DNA from: Lepidodermella squamata
Lineage: Eukaryota; Animalia; Gastrotricha
Reading direction: 5' to 3'
Length of the DNA stretch: 64,000 nt
Assembly (NCBI GenBank): GCA_047495785.1
Contig: JBLDXI010000054.1
Coordinates: 3,720,001-3,784,000 of the forward strand
The notes under the pieces: generated by a model
Databases searched by the model: none
What the model was told of the DNA's origin: nothing
The model's input: only the letters and a program-made list of their open reading frames with translations
In this document: positions 1 to 12,657 of the stretch, piece by piece
How positions within the stretch are numbered: position 1 is the first letter of the stretch
How the letters are laid out: each line of letters opens with the position of its first letter
Position numbers and translations under genes: made by a program

Positions 1-579
1 ATCTGTTGTTAGAAACATCTTGCCTGAATTAATCACCGATCCTGCTTTCAACGCTCGATTCAAAGCTGTTTCCGGCGATATTTTCCAGCCTATTAGTGTA
101 ATTTTATTATTATTTTTTTGTAAAAAATGACGAAACAAATTAAGGCGGAATTTTTTAATTTTCGGAAATTTGAAAAATTTGAATTTGAATTTTTTAAATT
201 TTCTGTTGAATTTTGTTTTTTTTAGGCGGACGGTGATTTGTACGTTGTTCTCAATACGATGCACAATTTCAGCGACGAACAAGTTGCGCAAATTCTCGCC
301 AATTTGCGAGTCGCGTTGCAGCGCAATACAAACGGCCGGCAGTGTAAATTGCTCATCGTCGAGTTCGACACTTATTGCTATGAAGCAAACGAGCCGGCGA
401 ACCTGGCTCGATGCATCGATCTGCTGATGATGTACGGCTTTGGCGGCAAACAACGCAACGAAGACGCGTGGCGCACACTCCTCGCCGCTGCTGGCTTGCA
501 GCTGGTCGACGCCACTAATGGCATAATTCGTCTGCCGCCCATGTTCACCGCCTATGAGTGCAAGCTACTCGCGAATTGA
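1..579 (+). CDS. SAM-dependent O-methyltransferase (Methyltransf_2, ASMT/plant-COMT type), 3' part; 5' end outside window
   Basis: Exon 2-97 (..RFKAVSGDIFQPIS), intron 98-225 (gtaatt..tttag), exon 226-579 (ADGDLYVVLNTMHNFSDEQVAQILANL..LLIVE..DLLMM..GGKQR..W..LL..AGL). These are the GDF/MH-D/GG-ER motifs of the family. Confidence 0.85.
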
Positions 580-757
580 GTGAATACTTAATTGAACCGC
601 TCTCCAATTATCATTTAAAGTTCACCTATCTGTCCTAGATAAGTCGAGGTTCGAAATTTTCCACGCATAATTCAACTGTTTATTCGAAATTATTAGTGAA
701 TAGTTTATAACACGCTTGACTTTGCTCAGTTGCGAAATAAAAATATTTTCTAGATAA

Positions 758-1171
758 TTATCCTAAAATATCGCTTGCGACAGTAGCAGCGAATTCGCTA
801 TATCGGCGAATTTTTTCGAGATTCAGCATATCGCAGGTGTCTTTGCCGTCGTCGCATGATGCCCAGTGAGTCCACCTGCAGCGGTTAACGCATGAAATAT
901 TGCAGTCTTCGATGCATACTGATTTGCAGATTTTCCAACACGGTGAAGTGATCAGTAGGATGACGAAGGTGAACGAGGCTATTAGGGCGACGGTCAGTGT
1001 GACCAGAAACAGGCATTTGAGAAAGGAGCAGCAGTTTTCGAGCCGGTTGTGCCGTGTTGGCGACATGAAAACGGCCGAGTAGTAGGCTGGTGGCAAGTCG
1101 TCGCCGCTCTCCACCACATCACCAACCGGTTCGAGAGTCAAATAGCTGTTACTTCCACTAGTTTTAGACAT
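758..1171 (-). CDS. Small single-pass membrane protein with cytoplasmic PPxY motif and Cys-rich C-terminal part, function unknown
   Basis: 137-aa ATG-initiated ORF with LPPAYY, one hydrophobic helix (LFLVTLTVALIASFTFVILLI) and many Cys; AATAAA on the minus strand near 679-684. Confidence 0.55.
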   Translation of the reverse strand: MSKTSGSNSYLTLEPVGDVVESGDDLPPAYYSAVFMSPTRHNRLENCCSFLKCLFLVTLTVALIASFTFVILLITSPCWKICKSVCIEDCNISCVNRCRWTHWASCDDGKDTCDMLNLEKIRRYSEFAATVASDILG

Positions 1172-2009
1172 CGTCTATTTGCTGATTGCTCGGGGTGAAA
1201 AAGGGCGTTATATCGCTGCTACTGCGGGTGCATGCCTGTTTGTTTACCCCCAACTGTCAGCGCTTAAATACGAGGTCCAGTCACCGATTAGGCATTGCTG
1301 GGAAAGGAACAAAAGCCTGTATGTGTAGTGGTTAGCCTCATGGTGACGTAGTTTTTTCTGTTCTTATTCACCACAGCCCACCTACGCATACCACGTAACG
1401 CTATAAGGTTATCATTGAATCATACCACAGCTGAGATGGAAAAAAATCCCACACTCGCTCTTTACGCTACTTCGATTCATTATAGGAAGTCTTGCTTAAA
1501 CAATTAAGCAAATAAAAAGCATTATTTCGAACTCAAAGGTCCGAGGAGAACAATCATTTTAGGGACCACAGGGCTTCTGGCTTTGATTGGCACAGGTAAC
1601 TGGAAACAATAAATTCAAGGATTTTCGGCTTAATTGTGCAAAGAAAATACTGTTGTCACACTTGTTCTCGCTTCATTGACATATTCGTAGAAAATTATCC
1701 GTAAAAATCGACACATTCTAATTCTGGGTGAATCTAATTCTAATTCTGTCTCGAGAATTGAACCTAAAATGTGACTTGAAACACAGACAGTAATTGTTAC
1801 TCGAAACCAAGTTTCACCGAATTTTAGCAAATTGAGAAACTTCATGAGGGACTCATGGTGCGGCCGTAGATATCAATTAATTCCGAATTCGATATTGATT
1901 CGGCCAAGGGTCATACGGTCTGGCATTATTTTTGAGCCGGAAAAAAACTGTTCAAAGTCAGGCTTTCGAACAGGACTCGATCCATATATACTTCAACCAC
2001 AAAAAACAC

Positions 2010-2325
2010 AAATAATAGGGGAACACTTCTTTTTTCATCCGACCAATGTCTTATTTCATGCGACAACCAAATATGTGACTAAAAACCAGCCGACTTGCTT
2101 ATTCATATATTCAAAAAATTACAGTAAAAAAGTGACTACTCGAATCGCCATGAATCTTTCACTATAAAATTCCGCCGGTTCAGGGGCCAAAATAGGGTGC
2201 ATATAAGGGGTATGCCCCTACGGAAAAATCGAACTTGGGAAATTCGAGAAAATCGATATTTTCATGTCGGATGATTTTAGTCACATTTTTGGTTGTCGGA
2301 TAAAAAAAATCACACCCAAATAATG
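2010..2325. repeat. Imperfect inverted repeat, probable degenerate MITE
   Basis: CGACAACCAAATATGTGACTAAAAACCAGCCGAC (~2061-2095) is mirrored by GTCGGATGATTTTAGTCACATTTTTGGTTGTCG (~2266-2298). Ends and TSD are unclear. Confidence 0.5.
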
Positions 2326-2724
2326 TATATAATATATAGTCACTGTGTCGCAAGCCAACCCAATTAATACTGAATTAGACAGTCCACATTTTAAAGCAGA
2401 AAATGCCTGGTTTTGGAATCAATCGCAGCTATGGATCGAATAAAATCCGCTGAATTTTCAGGTTCCTGGCCTTGATAACTGGATAAATGGACATGATTGA
2501 AGGTCAAATATTCAAAGACCTGGCTAAATATGACAGTTTATGAACACTTAAGACACGAGACGGAATAAACATGTATCTCATTACTCTAAGATCCCCCTAT
2601 TTTTGTGACTAGAGCGCGAACTGATTTTGTACCAATCACGGTTAATGCGCGATCATAGCATTATCATGATTAAATCACCATACGATTTTTCGTGCATTCA
2701 TTTTTTCAAATCAAGGCTTCGCTC

Positions 2725-5700
2725 ATGCTTCTAAGGATAATTTTATTGCAGGTGGCAGTAGTTTGGCCGCTAAGAGCCGGCGCTGAGCCTGAGCCGGTAA
2801 TTCAGCTGAACCTGACTACGGCATTCGAACAGGGCGTTGAAGTGAGCGGCTCCATGCCGGTTTTCGCGACCGCAGCCAATTTCAGCACCGACCCGAATCG
2901 CAGTAAAATCATCACGCTAATAATATCTAACGCTTTTGGCGGGGAAATGCCTGTCGGAACTATCAGTACAAAAGCCATGGAGTTGGCCTTAGACCAGCTT
3001 CGAAGTTTGCCAGATTGGCTACCAGGCTACGAGGTTGTATTAGAACTCGTCGACGATGAAGTAAAAAAAACATTCATAAATCTAAAATTACTGTAACGAA
3101 TTTTTCCAGTGCGTCGATTCTACAACGATTAACAACGTTGTGCCAATGCTGCGGCATAACGACGAAGCCTACAACAGATTCCCGCTCTGGATCAGCCCGG
3201 CTTGTGAAGCGTTCGGCTTGAAAACGGTCGCAGAACTGATAAAATACTACAACTTTGTCGGGGTAAATAGCCATTCATAGGTTTTTTTGATTAATTCAGC
3301 GGATTAATTAGATGAGTACAATTCAAACATCGCTGGAGCCTTACATCAATCGAAAGCGATACAGCTCGTTCTACAGCTTGGCCGAGCGAAGCGACATGCC
3401 TCACATAGCTCTGACTGAGTTCATCGCTCGAATGGGCTGGCGAAAGTTGGCTATTTTATCCGAAAATTTTCCTTATTACGATGACGTAAGTAGCTTCATG
3501 AGCTTCAAAGGTTCAGTCAATATTACTCTTTCAGCTGGAACGAACCTTTTTACCAATGCTCGACCGGAGTAACATATCACTTTTGTGGATGGGTAAAACA
3601 TCCCATGCTGGGGTGTTTGAAAGCGAGATGAGGGAAGCCCTTGACGATATGATCAGGTTTGACCCGAGGGTGATTGTTGTCAACGCAGATCGAGGCGCGG
3701 GGAAAGCTTGCTGGCTCCATCGTTACAATCTTTTCGGCCCAAGTTACATCCTGTTTTTCTTCTACTGGTCCGACGTTTATCCCACGCCAGCTGTTCCTGA
3801 TAACATGGTTGATTGGTGCACCCTGGACATGATCAACGAGGTCATGAAATACTCGTTCATTTTAGGCGACACCACGATTATCGACACCTTCGGCAAAGAT
3901 AATACCGATTCAACGGGAATTTCAGGCTCAGATTGGGAGGCGGCTATGGAGGTGAAAGTGCGAAACCCCAAAGACAGCCCGTTTTGGCAATATTGGAGAA
4001 TGCTGCCCTATGACGTCACGCTTTTCGCTGGTTTCGTCTTAAATACGACTGAAAGCATTCTTCGCAGCAGTAAGTTCATAACAATTCAAGCCAATTTTTT
4101 CCTTAAAATGCTATTATAGGGAACGAAACTTTGCTTGATTGGGTTACTACATCCGAAAATTTCCAAAGTGATGGAGCGCTGATATCGAATATCATCAAAG
4201 ACGCGATTTATTCGACTGAAGTTCGAGGTCTTAAAGGCGAATATAATTTCGAACGAAGGACAACAGTGAATTCGGGCGGTTTCACCCCGGTAACGTTCAC
4301 CCAGCTTCAAATTGGCAGCAATTTCTCTGAACGGCTGATAGCAATTTACAAATCGAACGATCCGAAGGAGAAGTTCTCGATTTTTAGCGAGAGGATAGAC
4401 TGGCTTACGATAGATGGGTTGCCTGTGAAGGATCAAGTTCAAATTATTCGAGTCGAAGCCCCTGTGATAGACACGCCTCAATATGCAACTTTAGCAGGTA
4501 ATAAAGAAAAAAAAATGATTTTGTTGCTAATTGATTCTTATCTGCGCAGTTTTCGCAATCATGGAGATGACACTTTGCGTAGGAATAATCGTGATTTTCG
4601 GGGCTTTGCGAAGAAGGCTAGCGTTCAGGTATAAGGCTCTACAGAAAGCTCAACTCTACTTCCAAGATTATGCCATCCTTCTGGGGAACTTGATTATGCT
4701 GCTTCAGATTTTATTGTTGCCACTAGGGGCCAAGTCTACTATAGCTAGAAACTGTATCGAGATGGCAGCTGTATTACAAATCGGGTTCACCATATCAATG
4801 TTCGGCATTTTCGCGAAATTGGAGGAAGGCCGAGATTCGATTTACATAAAATACCACTCCCACTTGGTAGCTCGAGCCAAAAGCCACCGCCGTTACCCGG
4901 CACTATTCCTACCATGGGTGGCTTTGCATTGCTGCATTTTCGGAGGATTTCTCGCGGCTTCGTCGCTGGAAAGTGTTGTAGTCACCCTACCGGTTGCGCG
5001 CTGGAAATTGGGAGCTGTAGTTTTCTATCAACCTTATCGATACGACTGCCGCTTCGGAAAACCGCTGGTTCAGAATCACACCGCAATGGCTTTACTCGGC
5101 CTCGTTGTAGCCATGCATTTGATCCTGTTGCTCCGATGCATTTACACATCTTACAAGTTGAGATCTGTGAGGAGAAATAGCTCAACCCGCCTACTTCGTT
5201 TAAATATATCTTTGTTTATTTGTAGCGACTCGGAAGAGCTCTTCCGGCGGAGCTGAAAAGTTCGATGACTGCGATTTTATGCGCTGTCTTGATTTTCATT
5301 GCTGGGGCGTTTATCAGTGTCCTCCTTATGGACTACATTTTCATGGTCATCTCAGCTATGACGCTCTGCTACGTCACCATAACAACCGCAATGTCCATCT
5401 TGACCAAGGTAAGAATTGTCCAATCGATAGATTTAGGAGCTCCACAGTAGCATGTCACCTATTTCTCAGATTATTTTGATGTACATTGGATCTCGCTTCC
5501 CGATAGGTCGAAAAGTGAGTGCACAGATTTGTAGCTCGAACAGGCTATTTAATGCCTATTTTAAAACTTATGCCATAATTTTGTTTTTAATTTTCACTCA
5601 GCTAATGAATCCTAACCTCGATGAATCTGGGGCATCTGCGCCTCCTCGACCAATGACCGTGTTTATGACTGGAGGCGTTGCTGTTAGGAACAAGCGCAGA

Positions 5701-5760
5701 TCGTTCTTCTCTCGTCGACTTACCGAAAACTCCACCGACATGACTAACCTCAACAATTAA
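2725..5760 (+). CDS. GABA-B-type class C GPCR #1 (Venus flytrap + 7TM, no Cys-rich domain)
   Basis: Signal peptide MLLRIILLQVAVVWPLRAGA; VFT motifs (ELALDQL..LPGYEV..DDEC, MGWRKLAIL, DPRVIVV). Introns 3061-3109, 3263-3311, 3486-3534, 4070-4119, 4498-4549, 5167-5225 and ~5409-5601 keep the frame; TM region includes MFGIFAK. Confidence 0.8.
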
Positions 5761-6153
5761 AGCATTCATTTTTGGCTAAATGGAAATCTTAGGAGTCTCG
5801 TAAAAGTTATTTGTTATTCGAAATGACGTATGTTAATTCAGCGTTTAAAATGACTCAGACACCTTTTTTCCTGAGCATCAAGTCCTAGATAAAATCTCAT
5901 GCGAAGCCTTCCCTCGGACTAATCTGGTGACGTCTTGTTATGTGCTTCAATTATGATATTAATAAATCTAACAAAAACATTTTATTGATAGTTCTTCGTC
6001 GTGACGGGCGGGAGTTTCCGCTGAATCGCAGCCTAACGCTTCCTTTTCTTTGAAGGTTGTACTTTGTGCTACATAGCCTCGTGGGTATTTGTTAACTATC
6101 TTATTCTCTTGCCTTTCTCTTATCCTTTATCGTGCTATGAAAATCAACGTCAA

Positions 6154-8845
6154 ATGTTGCTAGCCCTTTTGATTTTCATTAGCAACGCTGATTTTTCAAT
6201 CGCAGTCGAAGATCCTTATGCTCAAATTCCTATTAACCAAACCACTTTAAGCAGTGGGAGGAAGCTAGACAGTCCCATGCCTAGATACGCTGTCGCTAGC
6301 AATTTCTCCGATCTTCGAAGCAAAAACCGGACGGTTTTAACGCTAATTATGCCAAGCAGTTATGGAGGCGAAATGCCTGTCGGGGCAATCGGAACTGCAG
6401 CAATGCAATTAGCTCTTGATCGATTGAGAACCCTGCCACACTGGCTGCCGAACTACGAAATCGCGTTAGAGCTCGTCGATGATAAATGCGTTGACGCGGA
6501 CACGATTAATGGAGTCTTGCCGAAGCTGCGGACCAACGCCGAAGCATACAATCGGATTCCCTTGCTTTTGAGCCCTGGTTGCGAAGCTTTCGGCCTTCGA
6601 ACCATCGCTGAGATAATAAAATTCTACAATTTTGTAGGTCTTGGCGCTATTCAAACTTCACTTGAGCCGTTCGTGTACAGAGATCGGTTCAACTCATTTT
6701 TCAGTTTAGGTGAGCGCAGTGACATGCCTTGGATCGTTCTTGTTAATTTCATAAGAAAAATGGGATGGAAAAGGTTGGCGCTGTTATCGGAAAGGTTCCC
6801 GTATTACGATCAGCAAGAAGAAACTCTACTTCAGATGCTGGATGAGGCTAATGTAACGCTGTTATGGGCTGGGAAAGTGTCACACGCCGGTGTCTATGAC
6901 GAAGAGATGATTCCGGCGTTAGATGATATGATACGTTTCGATCCACGAATAATCATCGTAAACGCAGACAGAGGCGCCGGGAAAGCATGTTGGCTTCATC
7001 GCTACGGCATTTATGGTCCAAATTACGTCACGTTTTTCTTCTATTGGTCTGACGTGTACCCTAACCCTGTTGTACCTGAGAATCTGGCGCAGTGGTGTAC
7101 AGCTGACATGATCAGTGAAGTCATGGCCAGCTCTTTCATCCTAGGCGATGGAAATCGAATGTACACAGAAGGAATGGGCGTTACCGACTCAACGGGAATC
7201 AGTGGCATAGAATGGGGGCGCAAAATGGAAGAGTTAATCGAAGACCCCTCCCGTAGCCCTTTTTGGGAGTATTGGCGCCTTTTACCATATGATTTAACAA
7301 TATTCGCCGGCTATCTTCTCAACAACACAGAGCAGCTTCTCTCAGAACGAAATCAAACGCTCCTGGATTGGGTTACATCCTCTGAAAACTTCGCACAGAA
7401 CGGCAGCATTATCACTGATCTTCTCAAGGAGGCTCTTTATCTCACTAAAGTACGTGGATTGAAGGGTTTGTACGACTTTGATTCGACCACAGCAAGAAAT
7501 TCTGATGGTTTTACTCCGGTCACGATTACGCAACTCCAATCTCTGAATAAGAGCGTTTTGATTGCCGCTTACAAATCAAACAATAATGGCAGTGAGAACC
7601 TATTGATTTTCGATAACCGAATTCAATGGCGATCGCAGGACGGAAGTCCACCAAGAGATTCCGTTTTTGTCGTCTGGATCCAAGTGAACTCAGTTCCGTT
7701 TTTCGCATTCATCCTTATTATAGGTATGTTTAGAGATCATTTCTATTGACACGTGATTCATGATTTAGTTTGCGTTCAGTAATTGCGGCACTTGAACTCA
7801 TCCTCTGCTTGTCTCTTCTCGTGATTGGCGCTTTGAAGAGACGTTGGGGTAATTCGAGTACCGTACATTTCGAAGGTGTTATTTTCCGCAGAGAAGACAT
7901 GACGATTCTTGCCGGAAACTTGCTCATGTTGTTACAATCATTTTCTCTCCCACTAGCGGAGGATCGAATTGAGAATTGCTTTGCCATGACAATTTTCCTG
8001 TCGATGGGCTATTCGACTTCGATTTTCGGTATTGCCGCAAAACTTGAAAATGGCTTAGCGATTGAGAGATCTAACCACCGTGCCATGAGATACTCGAGTG
8101 GTAAAAACGGAATTTCTGAGTTTTGGATCCTAGTTGCTCTGACAATGTGGGTAGTTGTCATCGGGGCTCTGATTGTCGGCTTTATTACAAGCTCTCCGTT
8201 TTGGATAGAGAAGGAAATACTCGCCGAGACAACATCAACGCTAAACATCAAGTATCATTTATCAACAATTTAGATACAGGTGTCACATTCTCCTAGATCC
8301 AGCAACATATAATGGGCGGATGTCGATAGGACTTCTATCGATCATTAGCGCACTTCACACCATGCTATTGCTGAGGATTAGCTTCGTTTCGTACCAGCTA
8401 AAATCGGTAAGGCCCTTTTATTGACGCCCTCATCTGGCGGAATAGTTTTAATTTTTAGAGGCTGAAAACGTTAGAGTTGAAGTACACAATAACCAGCGTT
8501 TACTGCATTATTCTAACCTTCATGGCCGGCAGCTTCATAGCCGTAACAGTACATGATCAGCTGTATGCAATCGTTTCAGTGATGTCGTTAAGCTACGTTC
8601 TAATATCAACCCTGTTCACGGTTTGTTCGAAATTCGTTAAGGCGCCCGAAATTCCGGATCGCGGCAGCTCGATGGGCCAGCAAATGACAGTTATCATCAC
8701 AGCGGATGCAACTTCTCTCAACAATTACGGTCTATCATTTTCTGGTAGTCAGCAACAGTTTTACAGGACTTCAAGCTTTAGGGCTTCGAGAACTCCAAAG
8801 GCGGCGAGTTCTCGTTCGAGAACTGTAATTACTCCCATGGGGTGA
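6154..8845 (+). CDS. GABA-B-type class C GPCR #2, tandem paralogue of #1, with an apparent +1 frameshift near 8245-8260
   Basis: Long uninterrupted VFT exon closely matching #1 (GGEMPVG, ERSDMP, NADRGAGKACWLHRY, FFYWSDVYP). Introns ~7722-7779 and 8407-8458. The frame changes before YQQFRYRC. Confidence 0.75.
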
Positions 8846-8959
8846 AGGGAGTGCTTTATGGTATCCGGAAGTACTCGGAAGATGTTAAATGCCATTTATT
8901 ACAAATACGATACAATAAAATATTTAAAATTAGTTGATGGCGTATATATTGCACCTCCT

Positions 8960-9907
8960 CTACCAGGGTGGCACATATCTGAAAGGGTCCTCCAAGCGCC
9001 TGTCTGCGAAAAACTTTCCCCGATCGACGGTACCTTGTGGCAGTTGAGAGACAAAAACTGGCGTATCAGCGCCTTCTTCGGGAGTCTTAGTGCCCAACTT
9101 GTTCAAGTCAGTTCGAACATTTCCAGGGCAACAAGTCACGATTACTACGTCGTGTTTGCCATCATTCCATCTGTGAAGATTCCCGGCGTCGAATTCTTTC
9201 TGCAAAGCCCTAGTTATCATATTGACCCCGATTTTAGATACCCCGTAACCAAATAAGTCGCCAACCATGAAATTAGGCCAAAGTTCATGCGAAGCTGAAG
9301 TAGCTATCCAACCCTCACGCTGATAGTCTTCTTGATTCAATGTGCCGTAATTTTCCATAATTTTAACAGCTTTGGCTAAAGTGAAGCATTGTTCAATAGT
9401 TCCTTGCAGCGTAGGAGAAATGTTGCGGAAAATGGCTGATGCCATACCAGAAGAAATATTGACAACCCGCGCTTCCCGGCTAAGGATTGGCGCAAATTCC
9501 AAGGTCATGTTCAGTGTCCCGAAGAAATTGGTTTTCAGGGTTCGCTTCATATTATCCATGTTGAAAACAAATCTATCCGGCAAAACAGTGGATTCATGGC
9601 GCGTCGGTATGTAGATCCCAGCATTGTTGATCAAAATGTCGATTCCGTTTGGATGCAACTCTTTCAGATTGTCTCTAAGGGCGCGGATGCTCGCAATATC
9701 ATCAATATCCAGTGGTTTAAAGTGTAGCTGATCTATGCTAGGATGGTTCTTTTTAAGATCTTCCACAGCTTGCCGCCCTCGATGTTCATTTCTGGCTGTG
9801 AGGTAGACTACGGGAGGCTGTTCACCGGTACTAAGCTTTTCAACAATTGCCAAGCCGATTCCTTTGTTAGCACCTGTGACTACGGCAATTTTGCGCTGGG
9901 ATGTCAT
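8960..9907 (-). CDS. Carbonyl reductase (CBR1-like SDR), intronless
   Basis: VTGANKGIG, LINNAG, NISS, YGVSK, CCPGNVRTD and EEGADTPV motifs are all intact; 315 aa. Confidence 0.9.
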   Translation of the reverse strand: MTSQRKIAVVTGANKGIGLAIVEKLSTGEQPPVVYLTARNEHRGRQAVEDLKKNHPSIDQLHFKPLDIDDIASIRALRDNLKELHPNGIDILINNAGIYIPTRHESTVLPDRFVFNMDNMKRTLKTNFFGTLNMTLEFAPILSREARVVNISSGMASAIFRNISPTLQGTIEQCFTLAKAVKIMENYGTLNQEDYQREGWIATSASHELWPNFMVGDLFGYGVSKIGVNMITRALQKEFDAGNLHRWNDGKHDVVIVTCCPGNVRTDLNKLGTKTPEEGADTPVFVSQLPQGTVDRGKFFADRRLEDPFRYVPPW

Positions 9908-10524
9908 TTTTGAGCGGTCAAAAATAAAAGTACGAAAAGCGTGACAGGTCGTTAAATGAACATATTGTAATGTTAGGTCTCAGCTAACTGGAAAATTGAC
10001 ACTTAAATGGATGCGTTATAAGTGAGAGACGTTGTTGTAGGACATGTTTTTAACGATAGCTCACAAAATAGCCATTAGTAATACGATGTCCCACTTTATA
10101 AGGGTCCCTAATTGCTTTTGTTACATTTATTTTTTTGTGAATAATTAAACTAAATTTTAATTTTGACATAGCACGTGGTATCGTGAACCCAGCGTCATCC
10201 AGCGTTCATATCGCCCACAATACTCATTATTATGTTTCTTGTGTAATCTTTTGCGCTATTCATTCTTCATATACGAGGCCATGACGGAGTGCTATTGAAG
10301 AGACATGTCAATAAAGAATTATCTGGTAGCAAACAAGATTTAATTACGTCAGTATTTTTCAAGGGAGGTCTACCTCAATGACCAAAAAGTACAGAGTGAG
10401 TGCTTCTTTTCATGCTTGCCGCTGCAAATTATTTCTCGCCTGCTACCCATCAAGTGCTATATAAATCGAATTGACACCTCTGTTCAACCTCATTTCTCAA
10501 TTTTTCAAAGAGAAAAGCACTATT

Positions 10525-11478
10525 ATGGCTAACACCCAGAATGTCAGTTCAAAAGTTGCTGTGGTTACCGGGGCGGAATGCAATCTCGGCTATTCGATTG
10601 TCAAACTGATTTTGATGCACCACCCGGACTACATCGTCTACTTGACATCAGCTGACCAAGATGAGGGCCAACAAGCAGTTCGTCGCTTGAAGGAAGAGTC
10701 GAAGGTAACGGCGCGATTTCACCAGCTCGATATTCAGAACTCCGAAAGCATTCGAGAGTTTAAAGCCCACCTAGCCAAGTATCACCCTCGCGGGATCGAT
10801 ATCTTCGTGAGCAACGCGGCAATATTTCCGGCCGTGCTAAGCGATGATGGCACTATGTTTGACGCCACGGAAATCCGGCGAACGATAAAGTTTAACTATT
10901 TTGCGACGGTCAACGTCTGCACCGAACTATTCCCGCTTTTATCGCACGAGGCTCGAGTCGTGATGGTTTCGAGTAGAATGGCTCATGTTGCGTTCAAAAA
11001 TTCGTCTCCAGTCATCCAGGACAAAATCAGAAATTGTCTCGAGATCGACGAAATCTCACGCCTGATGAAAAGTTTCCTGGACACAGATCCGATGGATTAC
11101 GAGGCAGACGGGTGGCTCGCCCAGCCTGCAACTGAATTAGTGGCATCTAAATATCGACTCGGCGACATCTATCCATTTGCTCTGGCGAAACTTGGCTTAG
11201 GATTGCTTGCGAGAGCCTATCAAAACATATACAGGTCGAAAAACTACCGAGTGTTATCTAACGCCTGCTGCCCGGGAATTCTTCACAGAACGGATGCTGA
11301 TGATAACCCTGTGATCGAGATGCCATGTGACCAGGCGGCAGACACGCCGTTTTTCCTAACAGACCTAGAGCGTGGAAGCAAGCATGCTGGCGATTTTGTT
11401 GTGGAGAGAAAATCTCTTGGGCATTTGTTGATCAGCGATAACGAAATCTGTTTTTTTGAAGACTTGCTGAAGCTCTAA
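10525..11478 (+). CDS. Carbonyl-reductase-like SDR with degenerate catalytic and cofactor motifs (probable pseudoenzyme), intronless
   Basis: Collinear with the CBR fold, but has TGAECNLG, SNAA and FALAK in place of TGxxxGxG, NNAG and YxxxK. TATATAAA at ~10457. Confidence 0.8.
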   Translation: MANTQNVSSKVAVVTGAECNLGYSIVKLILMHHPDYIVYLTSADQDEGQQAVRRLKEESKVTARFHQLDIQNSESIREFKAHLAKYHPRGIDIFVSNAAIFPAVLSDDGTMFDATEIRRTIKFNYFATVNVCTELFPLLSHEARVVMVSSRMAHVAFKNSSPVIQDKIRNCLEIDEISRLMKSFLDTDPMDYEADGWLAQPATELVASKYRLGDIYPFALAKLGLGLLARAYQNIYRSKNYRVLSNACCPGILHRTDADDNPVIEMPCDQAADTPFFLTDLERGSKHAGDFVVERKSLGHLLISDNEICFFEDLLKL

Positions 11479-11562
11479 CATTTTAATCTTGTGATATCTA
11501 ATTCTATCTCGGATATTCATCGAACAATCACCAATAGCTCATAGACAATAAAATTGAAGAAA

Positions 11563-12274
11563 TTAGTCCAGAGACAGGTTTCTTCCTACATTATGATCGG
11601 TGTTCATCGAGTTTTTCAGATGATCAAAAAACTTGACCCAGCATGAACAGAAGAAACATTCTTCAGAATCGCTGTGAGGTGTATGTTCCGGGCAGTTTTC
11701 TACCATGAAGGCGATGAATACATCTTTTGACAGAGCTACAGCGCGGCTGAGATCAGACGGTCGTATGCCCATCGACGAGTGTTTGCTCCTGAGCCGAGAA
11801 ACCATAGCGCAGAAGTGTTTATGATTGTCAAGACGCAGTAGGGAACGTTCGATCCCGCTTAAAACGCTGGTGCCGATGCCTATAACCTGCCAGGATTCGT
11901 TTGTTCGAAGCTGATAAGCCTTTCCCCTATCAACAGCCTCGGGCATACCTTCTTCTAAACTATAAGAAACTCATTAGGCTTCTAGACAGACAAGCAATGG
12001 CAGCTCACCTTTGAAGAATCTTTGCACCTAACGCATCCTTGTGCCGCTTGGCCGTTTCAAAGGAGACGCGCAACACGGCAATCTCTTCTGACGTTAGAGA
12101 ATGAGAAAGGAAGTGAGGATCCGTTGCGTCCACAGCTTTCGAGGATTCGCAATCCGCCAACTGGCAATCTTCGCAGATAGCGACACTGTCGCAACGCCTC
12201 AATTCGGCAGAATCTTTTGAAAACGCTTTCCGGAAAAACCGAGATTTCGATAGCTTAGGTAGGCGAATATTCAT
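11563..12274 (-). CDS. Globin 1 (two exons, N-terminal extension)
   Basis: A-helix LTSEEIAVLRVSF; phase-2 intron ~12008-11960 in the B helix; E-F region VLSGIERSLLRLDN..LRSKH (proximal His); H-helix WVKFF. Confidence 0.75.
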
Positions 12275-12657
12275 TGTGTTTGAATGGCGCAATAGCGACG
12301 AGAAGTTATCTTTTACATATATTATTCTCTTATTAAATAAATTTTAGGACCAACATGCGTCTTTAAATAACTGGGATACCATTTACGCTTTTTATTCCCC
12401 GCCGCTTTATCGATCGATTTCCGACATCCGACATGGCGAGTTTCAGAACTTGGTGTAAATACTTGAGAATTGAGCGCTAAAAGCAAGGCAACGACGATCA
12501 GCGGGCAACGAAGAATAAGAGCGAGGTATTCATTCATTAGAACGTCTGGTTTTTATTAAACCCCAGGGATTTTGAATTAAAATGACATGATAAAAATATT
12601 CTCCTCAAACAATCTGCCAATTTTCTAAATGATGCCATTGTCTGCGATAGCCTGGAT

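Noticed and set aside
8858-9256. 132-aa plus-strand ORF
   Set aside because: Antisense to the carbonyl reductase, with no recognisable motifs.
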